Of a stretch of DNA of 55,132 nt, positions 44,782-53,033 are shown one piece after another. The notes under the pieces were generated by a model that did no database searches, was not told the origin of the DNA, and worked only from the letters and a program-made list of their open reading frames with translations. Both the position numbers and the translations under genes were made by a program. This stretch comes from Patescibacteria group bacterium (GTDB lineage Bacteria > Patescibacteriota > Minisyncoccia > Phycocordibacterales > SBAW01), in contig JAGWOD010000004.1 of the NCBI GenBank assembly GCA_028871115.1, positions 1 through 55,132 on the forward strand, given 5' to 3'. Within the stretch, counting starts at the first letter, position 1. Each line of letters begins with the position of its first letter.

Positions 44782-45729
44782 ATGGCGGAGGGGGAAAGGG
44801 AGAATGGCGGAGGCGGAGCATGGAGCGAATTCTGGCTCATCGTAGGCCTTCTCGCCGTTCTCGTTCTTTTTTGGTACGTAAGCGGAAAACCAGGCGCAAA
44901 TACATTAGGGAGCCTTACCATCTCTTCCCCCATCTCAACCTCGACTCCTCATAACTGGCTGCCGTTCTGGGGAGGTGCAACCGTATCGAGCGGTTCGAAC
45001 TCCTCCTATTCATACAAACCGCCGACAAACACTTTCGGAAGTGTTTCGCTCCCGGGATTCCAGACGAGCGCACTTGAGGGCGAAATCATGATTGAAGAAT
45101 ATGATGGCGCCCGCGCAAGCGATCCAGAAGAACAGTACATCACTCTTTATGCAAATCCAGGTAATTCTGGTTCGATAGATCTGAGCGGCTGGCAACTGCG
45201 AAGCATTAAGACAGGACAGAGTGTGCGTATTCCAGGAGCTGTTGAGACTGCGCTTCTCGGAGAAGCCCAGAGCCCCGGGGACGTGACGCTCGCCCCGGGA
45301 GATACGGCAGTAGTAACTACCGGTCGGTCCCCCATTGGAGTTTCATTCCTTGAAAACGAGTGCTCGCAATATCTCGCCCAGTTCCAACTTTATACACCGG
45401 GCTTTTCACTCGCGTGTCCTCTCCCCGAGAGCGAGATACAAAACACGCCGCTCGCTCAAGATCAAAGCTGCACAGAGGCCGTTGCGGGGGTTTCTCCCTG
45501 TCACACCCCCACGTCGGCTCCCTCGGGGGTTTCTCAGCAATGTTCAGATTTCATGGTCTCGCGCTTCAGTTACAACGGATGCGTACTTGCGCACCAAAAC
45601 GACACAAACTTCGAGGGTAAGCAATGGCGGATATTCCTCGGGCTTCAGAGCACACTGTGGAACAGTACGGGAGATACGATTGCACTGCTTGACCCAGAAG
45701 GACATCTGGTCGCCACAGTTACTTATTGA
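44782..45729 (+). CDS. Membrane-anchored lamin-tail-like domain protein
   Basis: N-terminal TM; QYI.L......IDLSGW.L, L.PG....V.TG, W...GD.I.L.D..G..V with a Cys-rich insert. Confidence 0.75.
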   Translation: MAEGERENGGGGAWSEFWLIVGLLAVLVLFWYVSGKPGANTLGSLTISSPISTSTPHNWLPFWGGATVSSGSNSSYSYKPPTNTFGSVSLPGFQTSALEGEIMIEEYDGARASDPEEQYITLYANPGNSGSIDLSGWQLRSIKTGQSVRIPGAVETALLGEAQSPGDVTLAPGDTAVVTTGRSPIGVSFLENECSQYLAQFQLYTPGFSLACPLPESEIQNTPLAQDQSCTEAVAGVSPCHTPTSAPSGVSQQCSDFMVSRFSYNGCVLAHQNDTNFEGKQWRIFLGLQSTLWNSTGDTIALLDPEGHLVATVTY

Positions 45730-45748
45730 AATGTAGTATCATTATTTT

Positions 45749-46144
45749 ATGCTCAATCCTTTCCCCTCTCTTCTCGATTACACCTTCTTCGCTCCGACAC
45801 TTCTGCGCATTGTGGCAGCAATTGTAATTGCCGTGATGGTACGGCACCATTTCAAAAATCAGCGCGAGATCCGCGCTCTTATCCATCCAATCGTAGGAAA
45901 CCTTGCGCGCTACTTACTTGCACTCGTTCTTCTCATCGAGGCTGCAGTAGCAGTATGTCTATTTGTAGGATTTGAGACACAGCTCGCTGCTATCGTTGGA
46001 GCGCTGCTAGCCATTCGCTCGCTTCTGGTGCGCCCGCGTGTTCTTTCTCCTTTTGATCGAACCACTGATTGGCTGCTGCTCGCTGTGTGTGTGTCTCTTC
46101 TCATCACTGGCGCAGGAGGGTACGCATTTGATGTGCCGTTATAG
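45749..46144 (+). CDS. DoxX-like membrane protein
   Basis: LLR, E......L..G..T..AA, L..TGAG.YAFD. Confidence 0.75.
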   Translation: MLNPFPSLLDYTFFAPTLLRIVAAIVIAVMVRHHFKNQREIRALIHPIVGNLARYLLALVLLIEAAVAVCLFVGFETQLAAIVGALLAIRSLLVRPRVLSPFDRTTDWLLLAVCVSLLITGAGGYAFDVPL

Positions 46145-46182
46145 GATTGATGAGCGTTTGATCGGGGTCTTTCCCTGACGAG

Positions 46183-46581
46183 CTACTTTGGCTGCCAATC
46201 AGTGGCTTGGAGCAAGCCAAAAACGTTGCCTTCGGTATCTACCGCACGGGAGAACCATCCCAAACCTTTCATTTCCCACTTTTCTTTACCTTGCCATGGT
46301 GCGATCTTACCTCCATTTGCTTTGATAGTCGTAATGACTTTCTCTAGATCATCTACGAGAATGGTGCAATCGAAGCTGTTGAGCTTACCCGTAGCGTCTT
46401 CGCGTTTGAAAAGTCCTCCGTTGATTCCAGGCCCCTCGCCAGTGTTGATCATCCAATAATCCATACCAACGCCAGGCATGCTTGTTTTTTCTATCTTCCA
46501 TCCAAGAGCTTTCTCATAAAATTTCTTGGCTCTCTCTGCATTGTCTGCTTGAATCTCAAAATGTATGGGTCGATTATTCAT
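46183..46581 (-). CDS. VOC family protein
   Basis: HFEI.AD..ERA..FY...GW, INGG, GG.I, G......DTEGN.FGL. Confidence 0.92.
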   Translation of the reverse strand: MNNRPIHFEIQADNAERAKKFYEKALGWKIEKTSMPGVGMDYWMINTGEGPGINGGLFKREDATGKLNSFDCTILVDDLEKVITTIKANGGKIAPWQGKEKWEMKGLGWFSRAVDTEGNVFGLLQATDWQPK

Positions 46582-46668
46582 ATGTGTTGTATAAATACTA
46601 ATTACTTAAATTATAGCCCCTTATACATGAAATTGGCCTAATCTCGTCGCAGCTAGAGTATTAATTTG

Positions 46669-46741
46669 TCCGCCCAGAAGGACTCGAACCTTCAACAAAC
46701 GGCTTAAAAGGCCGCTGCTCTACCAATTGAGCTATGGGCGG
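46669..46741 (-). tRNA. tRNA-Lys(TTT)
   Basis: CCGCCCA/TGGGCGG-A, anticodon arm GCGGC-CTTTTAA-GCCGT. Confidence 0.95.
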
Positions 46742-46772
46742 ATGCGTTAGTTATATCAAACCTGGGGCCTTT

Positions 46773-47420
46773 TTAAAGCGTGAGTGCAAAACGCTCAAGC
46801 AGGAGCCCGAGATCCCCCGCTCCTCGGTGCGAGTCGTGATACATAACAACAAGCTCGCGTGAAACTCTCTCTAATTTTTTCCGCTCGAGAGGCGTCTGAG
46901 CGGCAGCGAGCATGGTGCGTGCCTTCCAGGCAAGCACTCCCGCTACATTTTCCGGAGCGATGCCATCTCGCAAGGCTTTGGTGAGAAGGAGCCACAGTCC
47001 TTTCCGATCCGCCCGAGCAAGGGCGGCCGAGATCTCAAATATATTAAACGCTTCTTTCTTTTCAGGCCTCTTGAGCTCATCGACGTGGGCACCAGACTTC
47101 GTAAGTTGCGTGAGGATTTTTGCGGTCACTTTTTCTTCTTCAAAAATAAAAATGTGGGGTGATTCGGAAAGTCCTTCCATTATTTCAAGCAGTGCATCCC
47201 GCCGCTCAGCGGTGTCTTCATTTTCCTCAGAAGCGGTCAAAAGTGCTCCGCGTAGAAAAAAAGATCGGTTCTCCCCTGTGAGAGTGAGTGTCCCCGCCAT
47301 GCTCGCAAGCTCGAGGGCGGAGATTGCAAGCGGATCAAGTTCCTCAAGAGCGCCTTTCACGCGCTTGCGGCGCATTTCGGCACGCTCTTGTGAAGTTCCT
47401 CCGGTGATAACGTAGAGCAT
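46773..47420 (-). CDS. DNA polymerase III delta (HolA)-like protein, short
   Basis: MLY...G N-terminus, FNIF.I..AL, G...E...G.L.W, LE.F.L C-terminus; directly downstream of polA. Confidence 0.6.
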   Translation of the reverse strand: MLYVITGGTSQERAEMRRKRVKGALEELDPLAISALELASMAGTLTLTGENRSFFLRGALLTASEENEDTAERRDALLEIMEGLSESPHIFIFEEEKVTAKILTQLTKSGAHVDELKRPEKKEAFNIFEISAALARADRKGLWLLLTKALRDGIAPENVAGVLAWKARTMLAAAQTPLERKKLERVSRELVVMYHDSHRGAGDLGLLLERFALTL

Positions 47421-47423
47421 GTA

Positions 47424-49793
47424 TTAGAGTTTTTTCATCTCTCCCCAATTTTTACCCGAGCTTCCCTCGGCAATAAGGGGGACACCGTGACGCTCCCGGG
47501 ATGAAAGGACCCCTTCCATTATCTCCTTGATCTTTGGCGTAAGCGAGGAGACCAATGAATCTTTGATCTCGAAGAGAAGCTCATCGTGAACCTGAAGAAG
47601 CATAAATGCGCCCTTATATTCCTTCTCCTCAAAGAGCGCCGCGAGCCGGATCATAGCGAGTTTTACGATATCCGACTGGGTTCCCTGCATCGGAGCATTC
47701 ACCGCCATGCGCTCCGCCGCCGCCCGCACATAGGGAATGGCCGAGCGAATACCTTCAAAATAACGACGCCGTCCGAAGAGCGTTTGCGTATAGCCGCGCC
47801 GTGCAGCATCCAACTTTGTCTCATCCAGATACTGCGATAGACGCGAGAACGTCTCAAAATAGTGGTTATAGAATTCTTGCGCCTCTTTCCTGCTTGTGCC
47901 GAGACCTTCCTTAAGCGCATTAACGCCCATACCGTAGAGAATACCGAAGTTAATAACCTTAGCCCGTCGTCGCTGTTCGTAGGTGACGTCTTTCTCTGAG
48001 ACGTTGAAGATGCGGGAAGCAACCGCAGCATGTACATCTTCTCCATGCTTAAAGATCTCCATGAGCGTCTCATCCTGCGAGAGAATGGCCGCGATACGTA
48101 ATTCAACTTGGGAATAGTCGAAAGAGACGAGGGTGAAGCCCTCTTCAGCAACAAATGCATTTCGGATCGCACGCCCAAGGTCACTTTTGATGGGAATATT
48201 CTGGAGATTGGGGTCTTGGGAAGCAATGCGTCCGGTGGTCGTACCCGTTTGTATGTAATGGGTGTGGAGGCGATCCTTCCCGTCAAGGAGCGCTGGAATA
48301 CTATCAATGTAGGTAGAAAGGAGCTTTTGGAGTTCCCGGTAGGAGAGCACCTCCCCGATGATTGGATGTTGGTCGCGCATTTTCTCGAGCTCTGATTCTC
48401 GTGTAGTGCGGGCGCCAGTAGCCGTCTTCTTTGGATTTTTGGGTACAAGACCCAATTTGTCGAAGAGCACTTCTCCGAGCTGGCGGGGTGAATTGATATT
48501 GAACTGTCCTCCTGCAAGCGCATATATCTGAAGAGCCAGTTTTTCGAGATCGGTGTGATATTTTTTCGAAAGATTCCCAAGAAGCTTGCGATCAAGGAGA
48601 ATCCCCCGCTCTTCCATCTGCCGCAGTACTGGTCGAAGCGGTAGTTCGATATCCTCATAGACGAACACGAGCTCGCGCTCCGTAAGTTCAGCAAGGATGT
48701 GCTTTCTGGCTTGCGAAAAATCTTTGCTCTTGCCGAGCCGTTCAATGTCCTCAAGGGTCGGTTCCGTTATCGAGGAATCAAGCACCCATGCGGCTAGACC
48801 GAGTTTCTCTACCTCCTCCTGGGGCGGCAGGTCGCCACGTACACTTGTTGTCTCTGAATTTTTTTCTTCCGGAGCAGCCGCGGCACCAAAAAGAGCACGC
48901 ACACGAGGCATGAGAGAGCGAAATTCAAGCTCTGAGAGGAGATCGAGCACCCGCTCGGGAGAAGCACTCTCCTTCCAAGATTTCTTTGGAAGCTCAAAAT
49001 CGATAGGAACATCCATGCGAATCTGCGCGAGCATTTTGGAGAATCGCGCCTCCTCTTCCTCAGCCGCAAGGCGCTCTAGCATACCCTCTTTTATGCCCGC
49101 CGCTTCGAGCTTTTTTGGTGCTTTTTTAAGAGCCGTATAGATGTTGTCGATCGAACCAAATGTAGAAATGAGAATGGTTGCAGTTTTTTCTCCTACTCCT
49201 TTGACCCCCGGAATATTGTCGGAAGGATCTCCGCGCAAGCCTTTATAGTCAGCGATGAGTGCGGGAGAAAATCCGAAACGGTCATTCACTCCTTTTTCGT
49301 CGTAGAGTACCGTCTCGGTAAGGCCTTTCTTGAGGGTATAAACCTTCACGCGGTCAGCCTCCACCAGCTGAAGCGTATCCATATCGCCGGAAGCGATAAT
49401 TATTTCGACATCGTTGTTCTTCTTGAGCTCCTGAGCCACGGTGCCAATAATATCGTCCGCCTCAAACCTTTCTTTTTCGTAAGAAGGAATACCGAAGGCT
49501 GCTATGACATCGCGAGAGCGTTTTATTTGTGCGACAAGGTCTTCTTGTGCCTTAGGTCGTGTTGCTTTGTATCCCTCGTAGACAAGGTGGCGAAGCGTCG
49601 GCTTAGGCAGATCGTAAGCTGCCACAATGTAGTCGGGCTTTAAATCCGAGATGATGCGCACAAGCATAGAAATGAGTCCGTAGAGAGCCCCCGTAGGCTC
49701 TCCTTTTGAGGAGGAAAAATCGGGCAGCGCGTGATAGGCGCGGTGCAAAATAGCGTGGGTATCGAGGAGCACCAAGCGCTTTTTTTCTGCCAT
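47424..49793 (-). CDS. polA: DNA polymerase I (5'-3' exonuclease plus polymerase; 3'-5' exonuclease domain reduced)
   Basis: LLD....RAYHA, EADD, GDPSDNIPG, TGRIAS.DPNLQNIP, DYSQVELR, AK.INFG..YG, QVHDEL. Confidence 0.97.
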   Translation of the reverse strand: MAEKKRLVLLDTHAILHRAYHALPDFSSSKGEPTGALYGLISMLVRIISDLKPDYIVAAYDLPKPTLRHLVYEGYKATRPKAQEDLVAQIKRSRDVIAAFGIPSYEKERFEADDIIGTVAQELKKNNDVEIIIASGDMDTLQLVEADRVKVYTLKKGLTETVLYDEKGVNDRFGFSPALIADYKGLRGDPSDNIPGVKGVGEKTATILISTFGSIDNIYTALKKAPKKLEAAGIKEGMLERLAAEEEEARFSKMLAQIRMDVPIDFELPKKSWKESASPERVLDLLSELEFRSLMPRVRALFGAAAAPEEKNSETTSVRGDLPPQEEVEKLGLAAWVLDSSITEPTLEDIERLGKSKDFSQARKHILAELTERELVFVYEDIELPLRPVLRQMEERGILLDRKLLGNLSKKYHTDLEKLALQIYALAGGQFNINSPRQLGEVLFDKLGLVPKNPKKTATGARTTRESELEKMRDQHPIIGEVLSYRELQKLLSTYIDSIPALLDGKDRLHTHYIQTGTTTGRIASQDPNLQNIPIKSDLGRAIRNAFVAEEGFTLVSFDYSQVELRIAAILSQDETLMEIFKHGEDVHAAVASRIFNVSEKDVTYEQRRRAKVINFGILYGMGVNALKEGLGTSRKEAQEFYNHYFETFSRLSQYLDETKLDAARRGYTQTLFGRRRYFEGIRSAIPYVRAAAERMAVNAPMQGTQSDIVKLAMIRLAALFEEKEYKGAFMLLQVHDELLFEIKDSLVSSLTPKIKEIMEGVLSSRERHGVPLIAEGSSGKNWGEMKKL

Positions 49794-49833
49794 GCGCGAA
49801 TTGTAGCACCAGAGCTCTTTGGGGCAGAATCGC

Positions 49834-50043
49834 CTATATCTCTATGAGGGTAAAGCGCGGAACCCGCACCCCGTTGACCTCCACTGTTTCAAGAAACATC
49901 GCAAGAGGCCGGACCCACGTGCGATCCATCGCTTTCACATCTTTATAGACAACGAGGTCTTCAAGCGTCTCGGAGTGTTTTGCCAAAGCAACGATTTCAT
50001 ACTCGTTACCTTTATAGTGCCGATATCGCTCTCCAACATGCAT
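49834..50043 (-). CDS. DUF1653 family protein
   Basis: YRHYKG..Y.....A.HSET.E.LVVY, WVRP..MF, PRF. Confidence 0.92.
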   Translation of the reverse strand: MHVGERYRHYKGNEYEIVALAKHSETLEDLVVYKDVKAMDRTWVRPLAMFLETVEVNGVRVPRFTLIEI

Positions 50044-50048
50044 AGTAT

Positions 50049-50477
50049 CTATTGTAGGTTTATCTCCCGCGAATCCATTGCATCACGATGCAAAAATTGA
50101 ATAGTGAGGTCGGGGTTTTGAAGCATCCCTTCAATCCGTTCCGGCCATTCGATACAGACGAGCGTATGAGGATCTTTCAAAAAATCATTAGGTCGCAGCG
50201 CCCGAAACTCATCAGGCTTCTCAAAGCGGTAGGCATCGATGTGTACGAGTTTCGTGAAGCCCTTATACGATATCGGGTAGGCGCGCATCAGTACGAAGGT
50301 CGGGCTTTGCACTGTGCCCTTGATACCTATCTCGCGGGCGAGCGCTTGCATAAATGTCGTTTTACCAGCACCCAATTCTCCCTGAAGAAAGAGAACAAAT
50401 GCGCGATTCTTTCTTTGCTCTATGTTCCCGAGCACCTCGCGGGAAAATGCGGGAAGATTTTCAAGCAGTACTTGCAT
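50049..50477 (-). CDS. tsaE: tRNA threonylcarbamoyladenosine biosynthesis ATPase TsaE
   Basis: L.GELGAGKTTF, V.SPTF, HID.YR, IEW. Confidence 0.96.
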   Translation of the reverse strand: MQVLLENLPAFSREVLGNIEQRKNRAFVLFLQGELGAGKTTFMQALAREIGIKGTVQSPTFVLMRAYPISYKGFTKLVHIDAYRFEKPDEFRALRPNDFLKDPHTLVCIEWPERIEGMLQNPDLTIQFLHRDAMDSREINLQ

Positions 50478-50514
50478 ACCGCACAGCCTAGCATGGCCCT
50501 GTTACAATGGAGCC

Positions 50515-52200
50515 ATGGTGCAGTTCGCTGACACAGAGCAGGAGAAGCGCCTAGAGCTTCTCCGAAAGCGCGAGGCCGAGGAACTCGCGGAGATCCTCTC
50601 ACAAAAGTACGATCTTCCCTACGTGGACCTCTCACTTGTCGCAATTAATACCGACGCGCTTCGGCTTATTGCGGAGGCGGAAGCGCGCGACGCAGAAGTC
50701 GCGGCGTTTGGGAAAGTAGGTAAGCGTGTCTCAATTGCGGTTCGCTCGCCTGAGAACGCAAAAACCAAAACAGCGATACAAAAACTCCAGGACCTCGGAT
50801 ACATCGTGACATTGTTTCTCTGCTCGGATGAGTCGCTCCGCCGGGCATTCGATCACTATCAAGATCTCTCCTACGCAATCCAGAACCAGGCAGGCATTTT
50901 CGATCTCGCGGGGGGCGATCTCGAGGGGCTTATTGCTGAAGCAACCTCCGTTCCAAAGATCTCCAACCTCATCGCCTCAACCATATCCCTCAAACGGGCC
51001 TACCGTACAACGCGGATCCTCCAGATCATTCTCGCAGGTGGGCTTTCAACCGAAGCATCGGACATTCATTTCGAACCAGAAGAAAAAGCGGTACGTTTAC
51101 GCTACCGGCTCGATGGCGTACTCCTCGATGTTCTCTCCTTCGACGAAGAAACCTATCGCCTGGTCCTCTCGCGCCTAAAGCTCCTCTCGGGGCTGAAGCT
51201 TAATGTGACGGAAAGCGCCCAGGACGGCCGCTTCAGCATAAAAATAAAGGGGGAGGAAATAGAGATGCGCACAAGCATACTTCCCGGAAACTACGGGGAG
51301 ACGATGGTGATGCGTATTCTCAATCCGAAAACAATCGGTGTACCCCTTGAGGGACTCGGCATGGAGGAAAAACTGCGTATTCGTATCGAAAAAGAAATCG
51401 ACAAGCCAAACGGCATGGTGCTCACAACAGGTCCCACTGGATCGGGTAAAACGACAACGCTCTATGCCTTCCTGCGTAAAGTAAACTCCTCAGAAACCAA
51501 GATTATCACCATCGAAGATCCCATTGAGTACCACCTCAGTGGGATCGTACAGACGCAGGTCGACAAAGAAAAGAACTACACCTTCGCCTCGGGTCTGCGC
51601 TCGGCGCTCCGGCAGGATCCCGACATCATCATGGTGGGTGAGATCCGTGATGAGGAAGTGGCAACGACCGCGATCAACGCAGCACTCACCGGGCACTTGG
51701 TGTTCTCGACGCTCCATACCAATGACGCCGCAGGTTCTTTCCCCCGTCTCATCGACCTTGGAGTGAGCGAGAAGGTCATGAGTTCCTCTGTTAATGTCGC
51801 GATAGCACAGCGACTCGTCCGAAAACTCTGTCCCACCTGTAAAAAACAACGCCCCGCGAACGCACAGGAAGAGGAAATTATTTCTCGCACACTCGCAGGT
51901 GTCGTCGACAAATCACTACTCCCTGAGAATCGCAAGATTGTGAGTGAGGCAAGCACTGGTAAGTGTGACACGTGTGGTGGGCGCGGGTATAAAGGGCGCG
52001 TCGGCATTTTCGAGGCAATTTTTATGGATAAAAAAATAGAGGAAATACTCCGCAGCAAGCCTTCGGAGCGGGAGATTTTTGCAGCGGCCCGGGCGCAAGG
52101 CACGCCGTCAATGATAGAGGACGGCATACTCAAGGCCCTGAGAGGGGTTACCTCGTTTGAGGAACTGCGCCGGGTTGTCGACCTTGATGCCCTCCCCTGA
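50515..52200 (+). CDS. GspE/PilB type IV pilus assembly ATPase
   Basis: ASDIHFEP, QDGRF, GPTGSGKTTTLY, TIEDPIEY, LRQDPDIIMVGEIRD, TGHLVFSTLH, CxxC..CxxC; start ATG 50515. Confidence 0.95.
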   Translation: MVQFADTEQEKRLELLRKREAEELAEILSQKYDLPYVDLSLVAINTDALRLIAEAEARDAEVAAFGKVGKRVSIAVRSPENAKTKTAIQKLQDLGYIVTLFLCSDESLRRAFDHYQDLSYAIQNQAGIFDLAGGDLEGLIAEATSVPKISNLIASTISLKRAYRTTRILQIILAGGLSTEASDIHFEPEEKAVRLRYRLDGVLLDVLSFDEETYRLVLSRLKLLSGLKLNVTESAQDGRFSIKIKGEEIEMRTSILPGNYGETMVMRILNPKTIGVPLEGLGMEEKLRIRIEKEIDKPNGMVLTTGPTGSGKTTTLYAFLRKVNSSETKIITIEDPIEYHLSGIVQTQVDKEKNYTFASGLRSALRQDPDIIMVGEIRDEEVATTAINAALTGHLVFSTLHTNDAAGSFPRLIDLGVSEKVMSSSVNVAIAQRLVRKLCPTCKKQRPANAQEEEIISRTLAGVVDKSLLPENRKIVSEASTGKCDTCGGRGYKGRVGIFEAIFMDKKIEEILRSKPSEREIFAAARAQGTPSMIEDGILKALRGVTSFEELRRVVDLDALP

Positions 52201-52211
52201 GTTATAGCGGT

Positions 52212-52715
52212 ATGACCCTTGCTACCCACGCGGTTGCAGGGGCGGCCGTGGCATCCTTCACGCCCGCCCATCCCCTTATCGGATTTTGTGCAGGATTTGT
52301 GAGTCACTTCGCGCTCGACGCTGTGCCGCATTGGAACTACCGCGTACGCTCGGCATCGCTTGACCCTACCCGTGGAGGCCCTATTACCTTCAATGGAGAT
52401 CTTTTGATAGACGCTATAGCGATTTTCATTGATGGGGGTATTGGGATCGCACTCGTAGTTGTGCTCTTCTTCAATCCTCTCGCGCTGCCTGCGATTCTTG
52501 CGGGGGCACTCGGGGGCCTGCTGCCTGATTTCCTTCATTTTGTTCACACCCGGCTGCCGAACATGGGTCTTAAAGCGTTTACGCGCCTTCATATACGAAT
52601 TCAGCAGGAGATCTTCCACGAGCGGCCCCTCATAGGGCTTCTCACGCAAGCGGGGTGGATAGCAGGCCTTGTGATTGCTTTTTTCATCATCAAAGTAGGT
52701 CTTTTACACCCATAG
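52212..52715 (+). CDS. Membrane protein, possible metal-dependent hydrolase
   Basis: H...G, SHF..D..PHW, LPD, H...Q pattern with TMs. Confidence 0.7.
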   Translation: MTLATHAVAGAAVASFTPAHPLIGFCAGFVSHFALDAVPHWNYRVRSASLDPTRGGPITFNGDLLIDAIAIFIDGGIGIALVVVLFFNPLALPAILAGALGGLLPDFLHFVHTRLPNMGLKAFTRLHIRIQQEIFHERPLIGLLTQAGWIAGLVIAFFIIKVGLLHP

Positions 52716-52724
52716 GCGAAAACG

Positions 52725-52756
52725 AAAAAAACGCGGGGTCAATGTTGCACCGCGTT
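52725..52756 (-). terminator. Intrinsic terminator of the minus-strand ncRNA
   Basis: Minus strand AACGCGG-loop-CCGCGTT followed by TTTTT. Confidence 0.7.
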
Positions 52757-52771
52757 GCAGGGAGCGTAGAG

Positions 52772-52955
52772 TGATGCGAGAATCAAGAAAGCGCACCTCT
52801 AAGCAATATCCATTTTCGAATATCGAAAAAGTGGTCACCCACTCTGAGGATAGCCCCCGCACTCCTGCGTAGTGCAGGCGCCGAGGCGTCCTTAAATAGG
52901 CACTCAAACCCTCTCAGGTTGCATTGCTTAGAGATGCGCTGTCTCGAGCACATCA
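52772..52955 (-). ncRNA. Structured ~184-nt RNA, candidate 6S RNA
   Basis: 18-bp stem 52923-52940 with 52790-52807 (one G-U on the minus strand), further outer pairing, central bubble, irregular terminal rod; own promoter and terminator. Confidence 0.65.
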
Positions 52956-53004
52956 GTTCTGACGAAATGAAAATCGCTCCATTGCGGGAGCAAACACTTT
53001 TGAT

Positions 53005-53033
53005 ACCTTAGCATATTATAATTTTTATGTCAA
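53005..53033 (-). promoter_or_regulatory. Sigma70 promoter for the ncRNA, overlapping the ruvB start
   Basis: TTGACA (53033-53028)-N17-TAAGGT (53010-53005), with an extended -10 TG. Confidence 0.7.

Noticed and set aside
47699..48754. 351-aa alternative-frame ORF inside polA
   Set aside because: Arg/Ser-rich with no domain; the polA frame is intact, so no frameshift is needed
51576..52649. 357-aa minus-strand ORF
   Set aside because: Antisense to gspE/pilB and the next gene; no motifs
52704..52907. 67-aa ORF in the intergenic region upstream of ruvB
   Set aside because: TTG start, runs through the terminator, and the region is better explained by extensive RNA pairing
52772..52955. Retron msr-msd, RNase P, SRP, tmRNA or 5S identity for the structured RNA
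   Set aside because: No reverse transcriptase in the window, and none of the signature motifs of these RNAs is visible
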